Positions 9,544 to 21,006 are shown, numbered from the stretch's first letter. The stretch is DNA of 64,000 nucleotides from Clostridia bacterium (GCA_022790975.1 JAAVYF010000045.1:133-64132); one strand, 5' to 3'. Numbers and translations are program-made. The notes: a model not told the origin generated them from the letters alone.

Positions 9544-11178
9544 TTATTTACTATATAATGAATCAATCTCTTTTTTCTTGTCTAACACAAATTTTTCTAA
9601 TTCTATTCCTGTTACATTGCCAACTTTTTCATTATTTTCATCATATAGTTCGTATTCTCTATCATCTACTAGATATAATGTATAAAATTGATGTTTCTCA
9701 TTATATGCAGTAAACCTTTTATCTATATGTATTTTAAAATTTGTGTATGGTAAATTCACACAAAATTCTTTATCCTTTGAATTTTTATAGTCGATTCTGT
9801 TTCCTCCGAACTTAATGTTATGAATAAACAGATTACTGCTTGATAATTTTTCTTCTTTGATTGTTTCTAAATGGTTCAATTCTCTTTGAAGTTCTAAAAC
9901 TTCTTTTCTTTGCTTATTTATATTGATTCGTTCAGATCTTGAATCTTTGATTATTTGTTTTGCCTCATCAATAGAAGTAATATTTAATTGTTTTTGAATA
10001 TTCAAAAATATTTCTGCCTCTTTAGGTAAAATATAGTCTTTGTCTTGATCTTTATAGAATTTAGCATACTCATAAACAGTATGTAGTCTAATATAATCAT
10101 TCGCCATTTCTGTAGTTTCTAGTATTTTGTTAAATTTATCTTGATTCTTCTTTATTTGAACATTTCTACTTTTTATCTGGTTTCTTTTAATAGATATTTC
10201 TGTTTCAATATCCTCAAAATCTCTAATATTGTATTTATCTAGATATTCTAATTGTTTTTTTAACATATAATATCTTTTTATTTCTTGATATTTAGTTTTT
10301 TGGTATTCACTATATACTTTTCCTTTTGCAGCTAACTGACTTTTTTCAATAGCAATTTTAGATTCATTCACTTTTTGAAATATAATTGAATTAAATTCAG
10401 TTTGTTCTGTCTTAATTGCTAATAATTTGATATTATCTCTTTCTTTATATATTTTATATAAATTACTTGTACTATATTTTAAGTTTATTGTATCTATTCT
10501 TGCATATCTTTGCATCCCAAGACATTTAACTGATATATGTTTACCTCTCCTTATTTCATATCCTAAAATGGATAGTTCATCTAGAAGTTCATCAATACTA
10601 TTACATTTAGGAATAAGTCTTTCTAATTGTTCTTCAATTTGTTCTTTCCAAGATTGCTTTTTATATTGGTAATAATCATCTTGACTATTTTTAGACTGCA
10701 AATATGTTTTTCTGGGCATAATAAAACAGCCATACTCGGCTGCGATTCTATCACTTGTATCACTTACTCCATACAAGCCTTCTTTTTCATTGGCAAGTCT
10801 ATCTTCTAACTTTCTACCATCTAGATTTATTGCATTTACACATATATGGTTATGTATGTGTCCTTTATCAATATGAGTTGAAACAATACATTGAAAATTT
10901 GGATATAATTCCTTGCACATTCTTAATCCAATTTCATTAGCTTGCTCTACAGTTATTCTATCCTTGGGTGAAAAACTCTGGATAATATGATATGCACTTC
11001 TAGTTCCTCCCATTTTATATTTCTTTTGAATATCTTTAAATTCATAAAGTGCTGTTTCAACATTACAATTTAAGGAACTAGCATATCCTACTTTTTCGCC
11101 ATCATTTTTCTCATCTAGTATGTATTCAATTAAATTTTTAGGTGTACCCAAATGTGGTAATCTTTTTGTAACTGGCAT
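9544..11178 (-). CDS. MOBP-type relaxase (MobA/VirD2 family)
   Basis: YHIIQSFSP and STHIDKGHIHNHI HUH motif. Confidence 0.9.
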   Translation of the reverse strand: MPVTKRLPHLGTPKNLIEYILDEKNDGEKVGYASSLNCNVETALYEFKDIQKKYKMGGTRSAYHIIQSFSPKDRITVEQANEIGLRMCKELYPNFQCIVSTHIDKGHIHNHICVNAINLDGRKLEDRLANEKEGLYGVSDTSDRIAAEYGCFIMPRKTYLQSKNSQDDYYQYKKQSWKEQIEEQLERLIPKCNSIDELLDELSILGYEIRRGKHISVKCLGMQRYARIDTINLKYSTSNLYKIYKERDNIKLLAIKTEQTEFNSIIFQKVNESKIAIEKSQLAAKGKVYSEYQKTKYQEIKRYYMLKKQLEYLDKYNIRDFEDIETEISIKRNQIKSRNVQIKKNQDKFNKILETTEMANDYIRLHTVYEYAKFYKDQDKDYILPKEAEIFLNIQKQLNITSIDEAKQIIKDSRSERININKQRKEVLELQRELNHLETIKEEKLSSSNLFIHNIKFGGNRIDYKNSKDKEFCVNLPYTNFKIHIDKRFTAYNEKHQFYTLYLVDDREYELYDENNEKVGNVTGIELEKFVLDKKKEIDSLYSK

Positions 11179-11594
11179 TACTGTTCCTCCTCTATTTTCT
11201 CAAATTTATTATGATTGATTTCTTTCCATACATCTAAATCAAGTTTCTCATCAATAAGTTTTATCATTGCTTTTTGATTCTTTAATATCCCATACATTGT
11301 ATTTTGTAATGTTTGTAATTCTACTTCTGATAATTGTGTAGCATATTTACTTATATGCCTAATTTCTTTTGCTACCTTTTTTACTTGCTTTGTGTTTTCT
11401 GCATAAGCACTATATAATTCTTCTTTGTTTTTCAAATCAAAATAAGTTACTTTTTCATAGATTGCTGCATCACGAATATATTTTGCTAATCGTTTATAAC
11501 CATAATATTCTGCTTTTGCCTCAACCAAAGTTCTTTCTTCATCTGATAGCCACACTTTTATACTTTTTCTTCTTTCTTTTGAATTAAATTCCAT
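11178..11594 (-). CDS. MobC-like relaxosome accessory protein (RHH)
   Basis: RKSIKVWLSDEE...KYIRDAAI pattern, coupled directly to the relaxase start. Confidence 0.75.
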   Translation of the reverse strand: MEFNSKERRKSIKVWLSDEERTLVEAKAEYYGYKRLAKYIRDAAIYEKVTYFDLKNKEELYSAYAENTKQVKKVAKEIRHISKYATQLSEVELQTLQNTMYGILKNQKAMIKLIDEKLDLDVWKEINHNKFEKIEEEQ

Positions 11595-11667
11595 TTATAT
11601 CTTCCTTCCCATAAAAAATAAGAAGCAAGAATACGATTCTCACTTCTCATTTCATAACTTTATAAAT

Positions 11668-12303
11668 TTAATTTCTATTAAAGAAATTATCATATATATA
11701 TCCTGCTGCAATATACTTTTCTGTTAGTTCCATTTTGTAGTTTTCTAATATCTCCAGATATTTTTGCTTAAAACAATTTTTACACAGCCATTCAACACCT
11801 TCTTTAGTAATCACAAATTTTCCATCTTTATTATATCTGTAATTGCTATCTACTTTCAGCATCTTATATACAGATCTTTTTATTGTTGGAGTTGAACGAT
11901 TAAAAAATTCTTCCAATTCTTTTACATACATTTCTTTATCAAATAGATTTCTACTTTTCAAATCCAATAGTTTCTCATATTGCTTAATTCTTTCTTCAAA
12001 GAAATCAATATCTGCATCTATTAAAGATTTTTCATCTTGAAAATATACATATCTAATCCATAAATATCCTTCATCTATAATGAAATATTTTTTATTTCTA
12101 CACTTATTACTTTGCCATCTACAGTTAGGATGTTTCTTTAACATAGTAGAAATTGCAAGTCTTAAATCTTTATGTGTTATTTCTTTATTGTTTTTAGTTT
12201 TTATATTGTTTTCTTTTAGCCTTTTCAAAATTTTATTATAAGATACAAATATGCTATCTAGTTTACTTTGACTATCCATAAATATATCCCTCTTTTCTTG
12301 CAT
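11668..12303 (-). CDS. Hypothetical ICE protein
   Basis: 211-aa ORF; the start is possibly at the internal Met of MDSQSK. Confidence 0.6.
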   Translation of the reverse strand: MQEKRDIFMDSQSKLDSIFVSYNKILKRLKENNIKTKNNKEITHKDLRLAISTMLKKHPNCRWQSNKCRNKKYFIIDEGYLWIRYVYFQDEKSLIDADIDFFEERIKQYEKLLDLKSRNLFDKEMYVKELEEFFNRSTPTIKRSVYKMLKVDSNYRYNKDGKFVITKEGVEWLCKNCFKQKYLEILENYKMELTEKYIAAGYIYDNFFNRN

Positions 12304-12344
12304 AAAAAATAAGGGGAATCTATCCCCTTAAAATTTTGTTTTTA

Positions 12345-12944
12345 TTATTCAGTTATATCAATCTCTATGTTTTCTTTTGGCATATTTACTCTTTTAGCAA
12401 TTTCTTCCCACAATTCTTTACTAATCACTGCTTCGTGTTCTTTTGCTCTAATACTAAATTTTTCATTTAAGTATTGTTTATAAGTTTTGCTTATATTTTC
12501 AAAGTTTCCGTATTTTTCTTTTATTTTCGCTTTATTTTGAATTAACATTATCGCATCATCAATTTTCTCCAGTAAAGATGTATTTGCAATTTCATTAATT
12601 CGTTCTATCTCTTTTTTCACTTGGTCTAATATGCTTATTGCTACTTTCTCATCATTATCTAACATTTTAATTATATTATTCTCATCAAACTTTTTAGATA
12701 TATTTTTATTTGTTTCATATAATTTGTTCCATATATCACTAATTCTATCTTCTATAATTTGATGTAAAGATTTATTGGCTTCGATTAAATTCTCTATCTC
12801 ATCTTGTCTTAATTTGTAGAATGTGTATAAATCAAATATACATTGTACTACTTGTGATTCTTCTTTATCACTAATAAGTGACTGACTAACATTATCATAT
12901 CTATATCCTAATATTCTACTATTCATTATTTTCTCTCCTCTCAC
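12345..12944 (-). CDS. Degenerate serine-recombinase DNA-binding (Recombinase) domain protein lacking the catalytic domain
   Basis: LGYRYD...ISDKEESQVVQCIFDLY and HEAVISKELWEEI motifs. Confidence 0.55.
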   Translation of the reverse strand: MRGEKIMNSRILGYRYDNVSQSLISDKEESQVVQCIFDLYTFYKLRQDEIENLIEANKSLHQIIEDRISDIWNKLYETNKNISKKFDENNIIKMLDNDEKVAISILDQVKKEIERINEIANTSLLEKIDDAIMLIQNKAKIKEKYGNFENISKTYKQYLNEKFSIRAKEHEAVISKELWEEIAKRVNMPKENIEIDITE

Positions 12945-12956
12945 TTTAAAATTATA

Positions 12957-13586
12957 TTATTGATTATCTTTCCAAAAGTCATAAATTGTATCTGCAAGTT
13001 CTTTTGGATTATCAATATTAACTTCGTGTGCTGAATTACTTATTACTTTCAATTTACTATTTTTTATATTCTTATTTAATAATTTAGCACTTTCAATATT
13101 CACATTGTCTTTGGCTCCACATATAATTAAACTTGAACATTTTATTCTGTCTAAATCACTTGAAATATCGAGATTATTCATTGAATTAACTAAAGTAATA
13201 AATTCTCCCTTTGAACATCCCATTCTTTCAAATGTAGACTTTGGCATTATATGAAATATTATACTTTGTAATTTAAAAAGTGTCTTTGGTATCTTATATG
13301 GTGTACCTATTAAAATAATAGAATTTACCTTTTCTGGATATTCTTTTGCAAAATCTAATGCTAATATTCCACCTAATGAAATACCACATAAATTAAGTTT
13401 TTCTTTTTGAGCATTACACAAATCCGAAAAGACATTATACATCATTTTATAATCCTTTGAAGTGTTTTTAGTTAATTCAAATAAATTAGGACATATTGGA
13501 TCAATTTGATTTTTTCTTAAATATTCATTAGTATTATTCCAACTTTGCTCATTTTGCCCTAATCCGTGTATTAATATATTTTTCAT
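12957..13586 (-). CDS. Alpha/beta hydrolase (cargo)
   Basis: LIHGLG, GISLGG nucleophile elbow, GAKD, HEVN. Confidence 0.8.
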   Translation of the reverse strand: MKNILIHGLGQNEQSWNNTNEYLRKNQIDPICPNLFELTKNTSKDYKMMYNVFSDLCNAQKEKLNLCGISLGGILALDFAKEYPEKVNSIILIGTPYKIPKTLFKLQSIIFHIMPKSTFERMGCSKGEFITLVNSMNNLDISSDLDRIKCSSLIICGAKDNVNIESAKLLNKNIKNSKLKVISNSAHEVNIDNPKELADTIYDFWKDNQ

Positions 13587-13679
13587 TTTTTCTCTCTTTC
13601 AAATTACTATTCGTTGAGTTGATTATAACACAAGTTCCATTTTTTGTATATCTATTCTTTATATTTCAAATATTCTTGT

Positions 13680-13830
13680 ACTAGCGAAGCATAGGACAAG
13701 AAATCTAGAGCAATTTATTTGCTCCGAATATTGAGGATCATTTTTAATGCCCAATATTCGCCAGCGTGGTGTTTTGACACCCTTTTCGCTGTTTAGGGAA
13801 AAATCCCTAATACCCTTGTTGCCCTCTGGG
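13680..13830. other. Candidate origin of transfer (oriT)
   Basis: GC-richer intergenic segment with three inverted repeats: CGAATATTG/CAATATTCG (13725-13760), GGTGT/ACACC (13768-13781) and TTAGGGA/TCCCTAA (13793-13810). It lies between the mob module and the anti-restriction cluster. Confidence 0.45.
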
Positions 13831-13895
13831 AGATAATTTTTGTTTCGTTTTTTGAAAAAAGTGGAGCATTTTTTACTCCACTTTGCGTAGTTTTT

Positions 13896-14858
13896 CTATT
13901 CATAATCATAGTCGATTTCTGCATCATTTTTTTCTCCAATTTCTAACGATTTTATTTCAGTTTCTTTGCCAAAACTTTCTTCTAAAGATGTAAACTCTTT
14001 TAAATTTTTTTCATATTTCAAGCAATAATAATTGCAAACTTCTTGTATTATTCCTTCGTAATATTCTTTGTCAAAAGATGGCTCTACTGTTAATCTGTTT
14101 GCACTACTATCATACTTCATATATAAATCCTCTGGATTCTGACCATAAAATTTCCAAGAATTATTTTCATCTGTTCTTTCAATATGGAAATATCTAAAAT
14201 CATTATGCAACATTCCTTTTTCAATAAACTCTTGCAAAAATTCTTTAAATTTTGAATCTCCAATTTGTTTAGAATAATCCTCATTAATATATTGTTCTAA
14301 TTCTAATTCATTCATCATTTTTGCATTTCTATTTATATATTCAATGTTACTTTCGCATATAGGAATTATCTCTTGCCACTCTTTATTTAAGTCTGGTTCA
14401 TCATAAAATTTATTAGATTTCCATTCTTCTCCTATATCCCATTTCATATATTTATTTGGTGTTAAAATTTTCAAATCATAATCTGTAAAACAAAACTTAA
14501 TTTCATTAGAAGTTTGGTCACAATCTATAAATAATTTACCATCATTATTGTCTTGACCTGAAAAGATATAGTCATTTACTGATGACCTATCCCACCAAAA
14601 ATCATTGCGAACTTCTTGCAAAATATCTGTGCTTAAAGCCACATCTTGCATATCAAAGTTAATATCAAAAATTTTATTTATTCTTTGCTGCACAGTATCT
14701 TGATTGATATATTCCATATTTCTTTTAATATATTCAATTCCATATCTTGCTCTTGAAATCATCCTTTCTCCAAAATTCCATTGAAAATATTTTGCAAATA
14801 GAGTTGTATTTCCATCCTCATCTTTAATACGAATATATATCTGACTTCTTTGTCCCAT
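13896..14858 (-). CDS. Hypothetical ICE protein
   Basis: 320-aa ORF starting MGQRSQIYIR; acidic tail EIDYDYE. Confidence 0.7.
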   Translation of the reverse strand: MGQRSQIYIRIKDEDGNTTLFAKYFQWNFGERMISRARYGIEYIKRNMEYINQDTVQQRINKIFDINFDMQDVALSTDILQEVRNDFWWDRSSVNDYIFSGQDNNDGKLFIDCDQTSNEIKFCFTDYDLKILTPNKYMKWDIGEEWKSNKFYDEPDLNKEWQEIIPICESNIEYINRNAKMMNELELEQYINEDYSKQIGDSKFKEFLQEFIEKGMLHNDFRYFHIERTDENNSWKFYGQNPEDLYMKYDSSANRLTVEPSFDKEYYEGIIQEVCNYYCLKYEKNLKEFTSLEESFGKETEIKSLEIGEKNDAEIDYDYE

Positions 14859-14938
14859 TTTTAATCACTATCCTTTCTATCCAAAATAAAAAGGAGATAA
14901 AATTTTACTTTTATCACCTTAAATCTTGAATATATTTT

Positions 14939-15904
14939 TTAATAATTTAATTCATTTTCTATTTCATCATTCTTTATTTTTTCTTGTGTTTTTTTATAAG
15001 TTTCATAAATAGATTCTACATTTTCTGCTACAACTTTTATTCCATTCCAAGCACTTGTATCTATTTTTATTGAATTATCATTTTCAAAAATAATTGTTGT
15101 TAGATATTTTCCATCTGATACATCTTCTGTATAAACATTTGAATATTTTATGCCTAGCCTATCCATAATTTCTTGATACATTGAAGATAAATGTTCTAAC
15201 CCTTCATCTCTATCACTTCCATAACCCATTAAATCTTTTATCATATTTTCTCTAAAATAATCAATAACTTCATTTAATGATAAATCATAATATTTTTGCA
15301 AATTTGTTTTATAATCTTGTACCAAATCATAATAATCTATCATTCCTTCTGATAGAGCAATAATATTATAATTGAACTTTTTATTTGATTTTGAATATAA
15401 CTCTCCCCATTTATTAGTATCAATATCTTCGGTTTCATAATATAAATGTAGTGATTCTTCAAACTCATTTAATTGTTCCAAAGAAAAGTAATCATAGAAT
15501 TCATCTTCATCATCAATGATGTATTTTTCAATTAGTGGATAATTATATTTTACTTTATCTGCATATCCCATTTCTTTTAATTCTTCAAATGTTATATAGA
15601 AATTCCAGTTATTATTATAATCAAATAAACCTAAATCCTCTATATCATAAATCACTTCATCTTTTATTGTAGAATTATATAAATCTCTATAAGAATCATA
15701 CTCACATACATTAAAATCTCCATCTAAATAGTCTTGATAATTTTGACTATTTATCTTGCCTTCTTCTTTAAGTTCTATATACTCATCTTCTATAAAAATA
15801 TGTAATATCTTATTATCTATCTCTAGTAACATTTCTTTTGACATTGTTTCTATATATCTATTGCAAATATTTTTATAAAAATCTCCTTTACTTTTATCGT
15901 TCAT
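14939..15904 (-). CDS. Hypothetical acidic ICE protein
   Basis: 321-aa ORF with RBS. Confidence 0.7.
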   Translation of the reverse strand: MNDKSKGDFYKNICNRYIETMSKEMLLEIDNKILHIFIEDEYIELKEEGKINSQNYQDYLDGDFNVCEYDSYRDLYNSTIKDEVIYDIEDLGLFDYNNNWNFYITFEELKEMGYADKVKYNYPLIEKYIIDDEDEFYDYFSLEQLNEFEESLHLYYETEDIDTNKWGELYSKSNKKFNYNIIALSEGMIDYYDLVQDYKTNLQKYYDLSLNEVIDYFRENMIKDLMGYGSDRDEGLEHLSSMYQEIMDRLGIKYSNVYTEDVSDGKYLTTIIFENDNSIKIDTSAWNGIKVVAENVESIYETYKKTQEKIKNDEIENELNY

Positions 15905-15928
15905 TGTAATTTCTCCCTTCTCATAAGA

Positions 15929-16723
15929 TTAAATATCATTGTCTATTTCAATAGAATCTTTTTCTTGTGTAATTTCTTGAAACCAATTTTCATAATGTTG
16001 TCTATTTAGTTCATCTATTAATTTTAATTTTTCACCAGTTCTCATATAACTTTCATATTTACTTTTTACATAGTCAAAATCTCCATCTTTTATAAGACCT
16101 TCAATATCTTCTTCATCTATAAAGTAATCAAACATTTTATAATAAACTCTATCAATAATTCCCTCTAATGTTGTATTTTCTTCAAAGTCAAAAGTATTAC
16201 ATTGTTCATCTTTTATGTTATATTTTCCATCTGGATATTTAGTAATAGACCACTCATAAAAGTCCAAAAAGCTATCCAAATCTGATGCACATTCTTTATC
16301 TTCTAATTCATTCTTAAAATTTGTATATTCGTAATTCATCTTGAATAGTTCTTCTTTATTACAAGCTCTTATAAGTTCATCAACATTTAGTATTTTCATT
16401 TCGCTATCATAATTCAAATAATCCTTTCTATCTCCCCAAGTAAATCCTTTACTCCATTGAAATTCAATACAAGTATCATTTTTGTTTCCATTATTTATTT
16501 CAACATAATGCCAAAATTTGCTTTCTGAAAATTCATTAAATTCTTTATCGAAACAACAATTTTTTTCAAAACTTTCTGCGTATTCTTTCAAAAAACCTAC
16601 ACTTTTCATAAGTTCAATAAATTTAAAAAGATCATCATCATAACTTCGCCTTAACTTTACTACTGCACCAAAATTTAAAAATTCTTCCATCTCATTCATT
16701 ATCGTATTCCTCCTAGTATTCAT
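15929..16723 (-). CDS. Hypothetical ICE protein
   Basis: 264-aa ORF; the likely start is MNEMEE with a GGAGG RBS. Confidence 0.65.
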   Translation of the reverse strand: MNTRRNTIMNEMEEFLNFGAVVKLRRSYDDDLFKFIELMKSVGFLKEYAESFEKNCCFDKEFNEFSESKFWHYVEINNGNKNDTCIEFQWSKGFTWGDRKDYLNYDSEMKILNVDELIRACNKEELFKMNYEYTNFKNELEDKECASDLDSFLDFYEWSITKYPDGKYNIKDEQCNTFDFEENTTLEGIIDRVYYKMFDYFIDEEDIEGLIKDGDFDYVKSKYESYMRTGEKLKLIDELNRQHYENWFQEITQEKDSIEIDNDI

Positions 16724-17606
16724 AATTCAAATTATCATTGCTTTTTATATTTTCTTGATTTAAAACACTTAATTTTTCTTCAGCAGCAACTCTAGTTTTA
16801 TAAAGTACATCAGATGTAAGTTGATTCAGACTATATTTAATATCATTACCAGTTGATACAATTTCGCTAATAGTTGGTGGATTATCTATTTGCTGTCTTT
16901 TAATTACCATATCTTCCATATAATTTTCTTTATTAAAAGAGTTTGTTATATAATTTATCTCTCTCATAATTCTTGAAATACTATGATTTAATATGTCAAT
17001 ATTAAATGAATAATTAGTTTTATAATTTATTTTTTTAGATAATTTCCAGAATCCATTACCATCATTATTTACTTCCCAACCACATTCTTTAATAATCGAC
17101 TTTAGCTTGTTTATTGAAATTTTATCAATATCTATCATATCTCTTTCTTTAAAATATTCTCGGCTTATTTTAAGTTCTTTAAATATTTTATCTCTATCCG
17201 TAAACCTACTCGAAGTCCAATTATTTGATAACAATTCATCCTCTAATCTTCTAAACGAATTATTATAATAACATCTATATCCACCTATATCGTAATGTGC
17301 AATATCATTACAAGCATACATAAAAAAGTGATACATATATGTTGACATCTTATCTAGTGTTCCACTTTTCTGTAACTTTCTATATTCTTTAACAGTCTTT
17401 TCAAAAGGATATACTGTATTACCTTCATACGATATATTTGATTTTAATTTATTATCATCAATACATTGTTGTATAACTAACCTATCTTCATATTCGTTTC
17501 CTGTTAGATTAAGATACTCTATGACTGTTTTTTCTTTTTGAATTACTGCATTGCTTCCATATAATTTAATATTTTTTCCATTCACTTTAACTTCTACATT
17601 ATTCAA
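16713..17606 (-). CDS. Hypothetical ICE protein
   Basis: 297-aa ORF with TTG start and AGGAG RBS. Confidence 0.65.
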   Translation of the reverse strand: MNNVEVKVNGKNIKLYGSNAVIQKEKTVIEYLNLTGNEYEDRLVIQQCIDDNKLKSNISYEGNTVYPFEKTVKEYRKLQKSGTLDKMSTYMYHFFMYACNDIAHYDIGGYRCYYNNSFRRLEDELLSNNWTSSRFTDRDKIFKELKISREYFKERDMIDIDKISINKLKSIIKECGWEVNNDGNGFWKLSKKINYKTNYSFNIDILNHSISRIMREINYITNSFNKENYMEDMVIKRQQIDNPPTISEIVSTGNDIKYSLNQLTSDVLYKTRVAAEEKLSVLNQENIKSNDNLNYEY

Positions 17607-17655
17607 TTTTATTCGCTCCTTTCTTTTAAAAAATAGATATTACTGTAAAAAACGC

Positions 17656-18405
17656 TTAATCAAACATTTCATCAGTAATATCCTTTTGTTCTCTTTCATC
17701 TTTTATTATTTTACTCCAAACTTCTGCTGCAAAATCTTCATCTAATTCTTCTTTATGATCTTCTAATCCATCTTTAAGTATTAAGATTCCATTATTATAA
17801 TTTGAATAACATTCATCTGCATATTGTACTTCAATTAAAGCATTAGGCAGTTCTTTTGATATTTTCTCAAAAATTGGTTCTGGAGTTGCCCAGGCAGTAT
17901 CAAAAATCATAGTTGTTTCATTGCAAGAAAATTCTGAAACTCCCCACTTTGTTCCCCAATTTTCAATACACCAATCGTACCAAGTGGTACTACCATATTT
18001 GATTATATTATTTATGTATGTATCACCTAATTGTTCTAAAGAAGTAATATTTAGTTTTCTTGCTTCTTCATCTGGTATAAATTTTTTAGCCTTTTGATAA
18101 ATATCTTTAAAATCACCATTAGATTTATAGTGTTTTATCTTGTTCCAATAATTATTGTAAATATAATCTTCCTTTTTGCTTAATGCTTTAATTATTTCAT
18201 ACTGTTTATTTTCATTTTTTTGTAACAAAGCATAATAAATAGCAACATCTGTAATAGAGCCTTCTGTCAACTCTAATGTTTTTGGTATTGGTATTATTTT
18301 ATTAAAATCTAATATTCCGTTTTCAAAATATTTTTCTTTTATTTTATTCATTGTATCTTTTGATACAGTAACTACATTTCTTACCCAATTTGGCATAAGA
18401 AACAC
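17656..18405 (-). CDS. DUF1281/YubB ferredoxin-like domain protein
   Basis: MPNWVRN...LDFNKIIPIP...WYDWCIENWGTKW...FDTAWATP. Confidence 0.65.
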   Translation of the reverse strand: MFLMPNWVRNVVTVSKDTMNKIKEKYFENGILDFNKIIPIPKTLELTEGSITDVAIYYALLQKNENKQYEIIKALSKKEDYIYNNYWNKIKHYKSNGDFKDIYQKAKKFIPDEEARKLNITSLEQLGDTYINNIIKYGSTTWYDWCIENWGTKWGVSEFSCNETTMIFDTAWATPEPIFEKISKELPNALIEVQYADECYSNYNNGILILKDGLEDHKEELDEDFAAEVWSKIIKDEREQKDITDEMFD

Positions 18406-18413
18406 CTCCTTTT

Positions 18414-19163
18414 CTATATTTCATAAGATATATTGTCATTATTCTTTTCTAAAAAACTCATATCAATTCTTTCACCAAATATTTGTAATTCTTTAATATC
18501 TTCTTTCGATATTCCATAAGTCCATTTTCCATTTTCATCATACAAATTTTCTTTATTGTCCTCTAAATCAATTTCAATTCCTTCATTCATTTCAAACGAT
18601 TTGAATAACTCTTTATATGTACTAAAAGAATCAAATTCTTCTGCATATTCTTTATAATTTTCTAATGTTATTTCATTAGATTTTATTTTACTTATGCTTT
18701 CATCTTTTATAAGCGCAATAATAATTTTATCTTCATCATTTAAAAGTATTTGATTTGAACTCATAGGAACATACTTCTTACATACCCTTTCATAAATTTG
18801 TTCTTGATACTTTTTCATCATATAAGATGGTGGTGTAATTCCTGTTATTTTCATTGCTTGAATAAGATTACAATCTTTTGGCATATATAAATCTCTTTCT
18901 ATTTTTAATGGTAATTGTAATTCTTCCAATTCTGATAACATTACATACCCCAGTTCTGCCATATCATCATCTCCTAAATGACAATATCCAAACATTTCAT
19001 AATCTCCATTTTCTAATTTTTCTCCTTCTGTAATTAACCAAGTACCTGTTCCTATTGGATTAAAATATTTTACAATAACCTTTGCATTTCCCCCTAATCC
19101 ATCTTGACTGCCTATAGGATATTTTTCAAATTCTTTTTCTAGTTCTTTTGTCATCAATTTCAT
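18414..19163 (-). CDS. DUF2958-domain protein
   Basis: KYFNPIGTGTWLITE...FGYCHLG...ELGYVMLSEL...IERDLY. Confidence 0.7.
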   Translation of the reverse strand: MKLMTKELEKEFEKYPIGSQDGLGGNAKVIVKYFNPIGTGTWLITEGEKLENGDYEMFGYCHLGDDDMAELGYVMLSELEELQLPLKIERDLYMPKDCNLIQAMKITGITPPSYMMKKYQEQIYERVCKKYVPMSSNQILLNDEDKIIIALIKDESISKIKSNEITLENYKEYAEEFDSFSTYKELFKSFEMNEGIEIDLEDNKENLYDENGKWTYGISKEDIKELQIFGERIDMSFLEKNNDNISYEI

Positions 19164-19165
19164 AG

Positions 19166-20122
19166 TTACATCATCTCCTTTTCCATTTCATTTTTCATAA
19201 ATTTTTGATAGACAATTTCGTGATATTTAGTTAAAAAATTCTTCGATAGATTCTTTAATCTATTTTGGTATTCCTCAAAATCTTCTAATGATTCTCGAAT
19301 TGAAAAATTGCTTTTATATTTTGCATCTTGTCTATACATATCAATCTCATCATCTATTGAAAAACTATCTGCTATTTCTTTTAATTGCTTTTTTACATTA
19401 TCTTTTTCATACAATTCTTGATAATCATCACAAAAATAAAAGGTATGTATCATATCCACTCCACCATTGGTCCAAGTTTCAATTTCCATACCACTAATCA
19501 TTCCATTTTCATATATAAGATTAACATTGTAGTTAAATGATTCCATTGTTTTTATAATATTATTTAGTATAATTTCCTGTTTTCTAGTAGGAATATACTC
19601 TTTTGTGCTTAATGTGTCAATTTCTATCTTATCATCTATTTTCTCTCCAAAAGTCATTCTAGTATTATTGATACACTCGTTATAATCAGTAATTAAAATT
19701 TGATTTGGCTTTAATACATAATTTCCATTACTGCATACAACTGTTATATCCTCATCTGACATATTCTTAATGTAGTTACTATCACTTGTATAAATATATT
19801 CTCCATTTTCATCTTTGAAAAACTTAAATTGATTTTCAGTTTGAGCATATTCAAAATATTCTCTACCATTTTTGTCAATATATGGAGTTTTTTGTTCATC
19901 TGGAGAGTAAGTCATTACTTCATCACCGTATTTGAAATATCTATCATCAAAATCTCTAATCATTGCATCAAATAGTAATGGTTCTTTGAAATCTTTTAAC
20001 ATATCATATATTATTCCACCGTGACAACCTAATCCCATTCCACCATTAAATTCGGTAGATTTTTGAACTTCAAACTTATTGTCTTTATCTTTCGTTATTA
20101 TAAATACTGTTCCTCTGTGCAT
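19166..20122 (-). CDS. Hypothetical ICE protein
   Basis: 318-aa ORF with GGAGG RBS. Confidence 0.65.
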   Translation of the reverse strand: MHRGTVFIITKDKDNKFEVQKSTEFNGGMGLGCHGGIIYDMLKDFKEPLLFDAMIRDFDDRYFKYGDEVMTYSPDEQKTPYIDKNGREYFEYAQTENQFKFFKDENGEYIYTSDSNYIKNMSDEDITVVCSNGNYVLKPNQILITDYNECINNTRMTFGEKIDDKIEIDTLSTKEYIPTRKQEIILNNIIKTMESFNYNVNLIYENGMISGMEIETWTNGGVDMIHTFYFCDDYQELYEKDNVKKQLKEIADSFSIDDEIDMYRQDAKYKSNFSIRESLEDFEEYQNRLKNLSKNFLTKYHEIVYQKFMKNEMEKEMM

Positions 20123-20133
20123 TTTTATCCCTC

Positions 20134-21006
20134 CTATATCTCCATATCAATATTATTTTCAATTTCTTCTTCTGTTTTTTCAAATTCTAATTGTAATTTT
20201 GTATGTTCCTCAATAAGTTTCTCTTGTTTTTCTGAATACGGAGATGTTTCCATCTTTCCATCTAAATTACCTGCTTTTCTTTGTTCATTTCTAACTGCTA
20301 TGCCAGCTAAATATGTTCCAGCAAATGATATATTGGAAAATCTATTATCTTTATTGAAGAAATTTAGAAGTTTTGGATCTTCTTTTGTAATCTCCTTAAA
20401 CTTTAATGCTATATCTCGCATTTTTTCTAATGCTTCTTCTTGCTTTATTATATAAGGTCTTTGTAAATCCTTTTCTAATCCAGTAATATTTAATTGGTAT
20501 TGTAAATAGTCAATTATATCTTCCATAGAATATCCTGTATCTTCACATAAATATCCAGATACCCAAATGAATACAATATCATTTCCTAATTTTCCTTCTT
20601 TTACTGTTCCAAACATTCCATCTGTAAGAGTATTTAATGAACATTCTGGTTGCCATTCTTCTTGTGATTCAATAATATCTTTTGCTTTATCATTTATTCC
20701 CAATGCAACACAAGCTGTATCCATTCCAATTTCTGTTTTACTAATCTTGACTCCTTTTAATGTTTTTATTGTACCTTCATTTTCTAATTGACATACTCTG
20801 CTATTTCTATACATACACAAGAAAAATTCTGTACCTTTTATAGTTATTTCTTCAAATTTATCTTCAACTTGATGTATATCTATATCAACTTTCCAATTTT
20901 TTTGATTTATATTATTTTTTTCATATCTACACCACACATCTTCTCCATAAGTTGGATCAGATATTACAATATGATTTAATTCTTTAATCTTTCCTTTATA
21001 TCTCAA
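20134..21006 (-). CDS. Hypothetical ICE protein
   Basis: 290-aa ORF (HIVISDPTY). Confidence 0.65.
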   Translation of the reverse strand: MRYKGKIKELNHIVISDPTYGEDVWCRYEKNNINQKNWKVDIDIHQVEDKFEEITIKGTEFFLCMYRNSRVCQLENEGTIKTLKGVKISKTEIGMDTACVALGINDKAKDIIESQEEWQPECSLNTLTDGMFGTVKEGKLGNDIVFIWVSGYLCEDTGYSMEDIIDYLQYQLNITGLEKDLQRPYIIKQEEALEKMRDIALKFKEITKEDPKLLNFFNKDNRFSNISFAGTYLAGIAVRNEQRKAGNLDGKMETSPYSEKQEKLIEEHTKLQLEFEKTEEEIENNIDMEI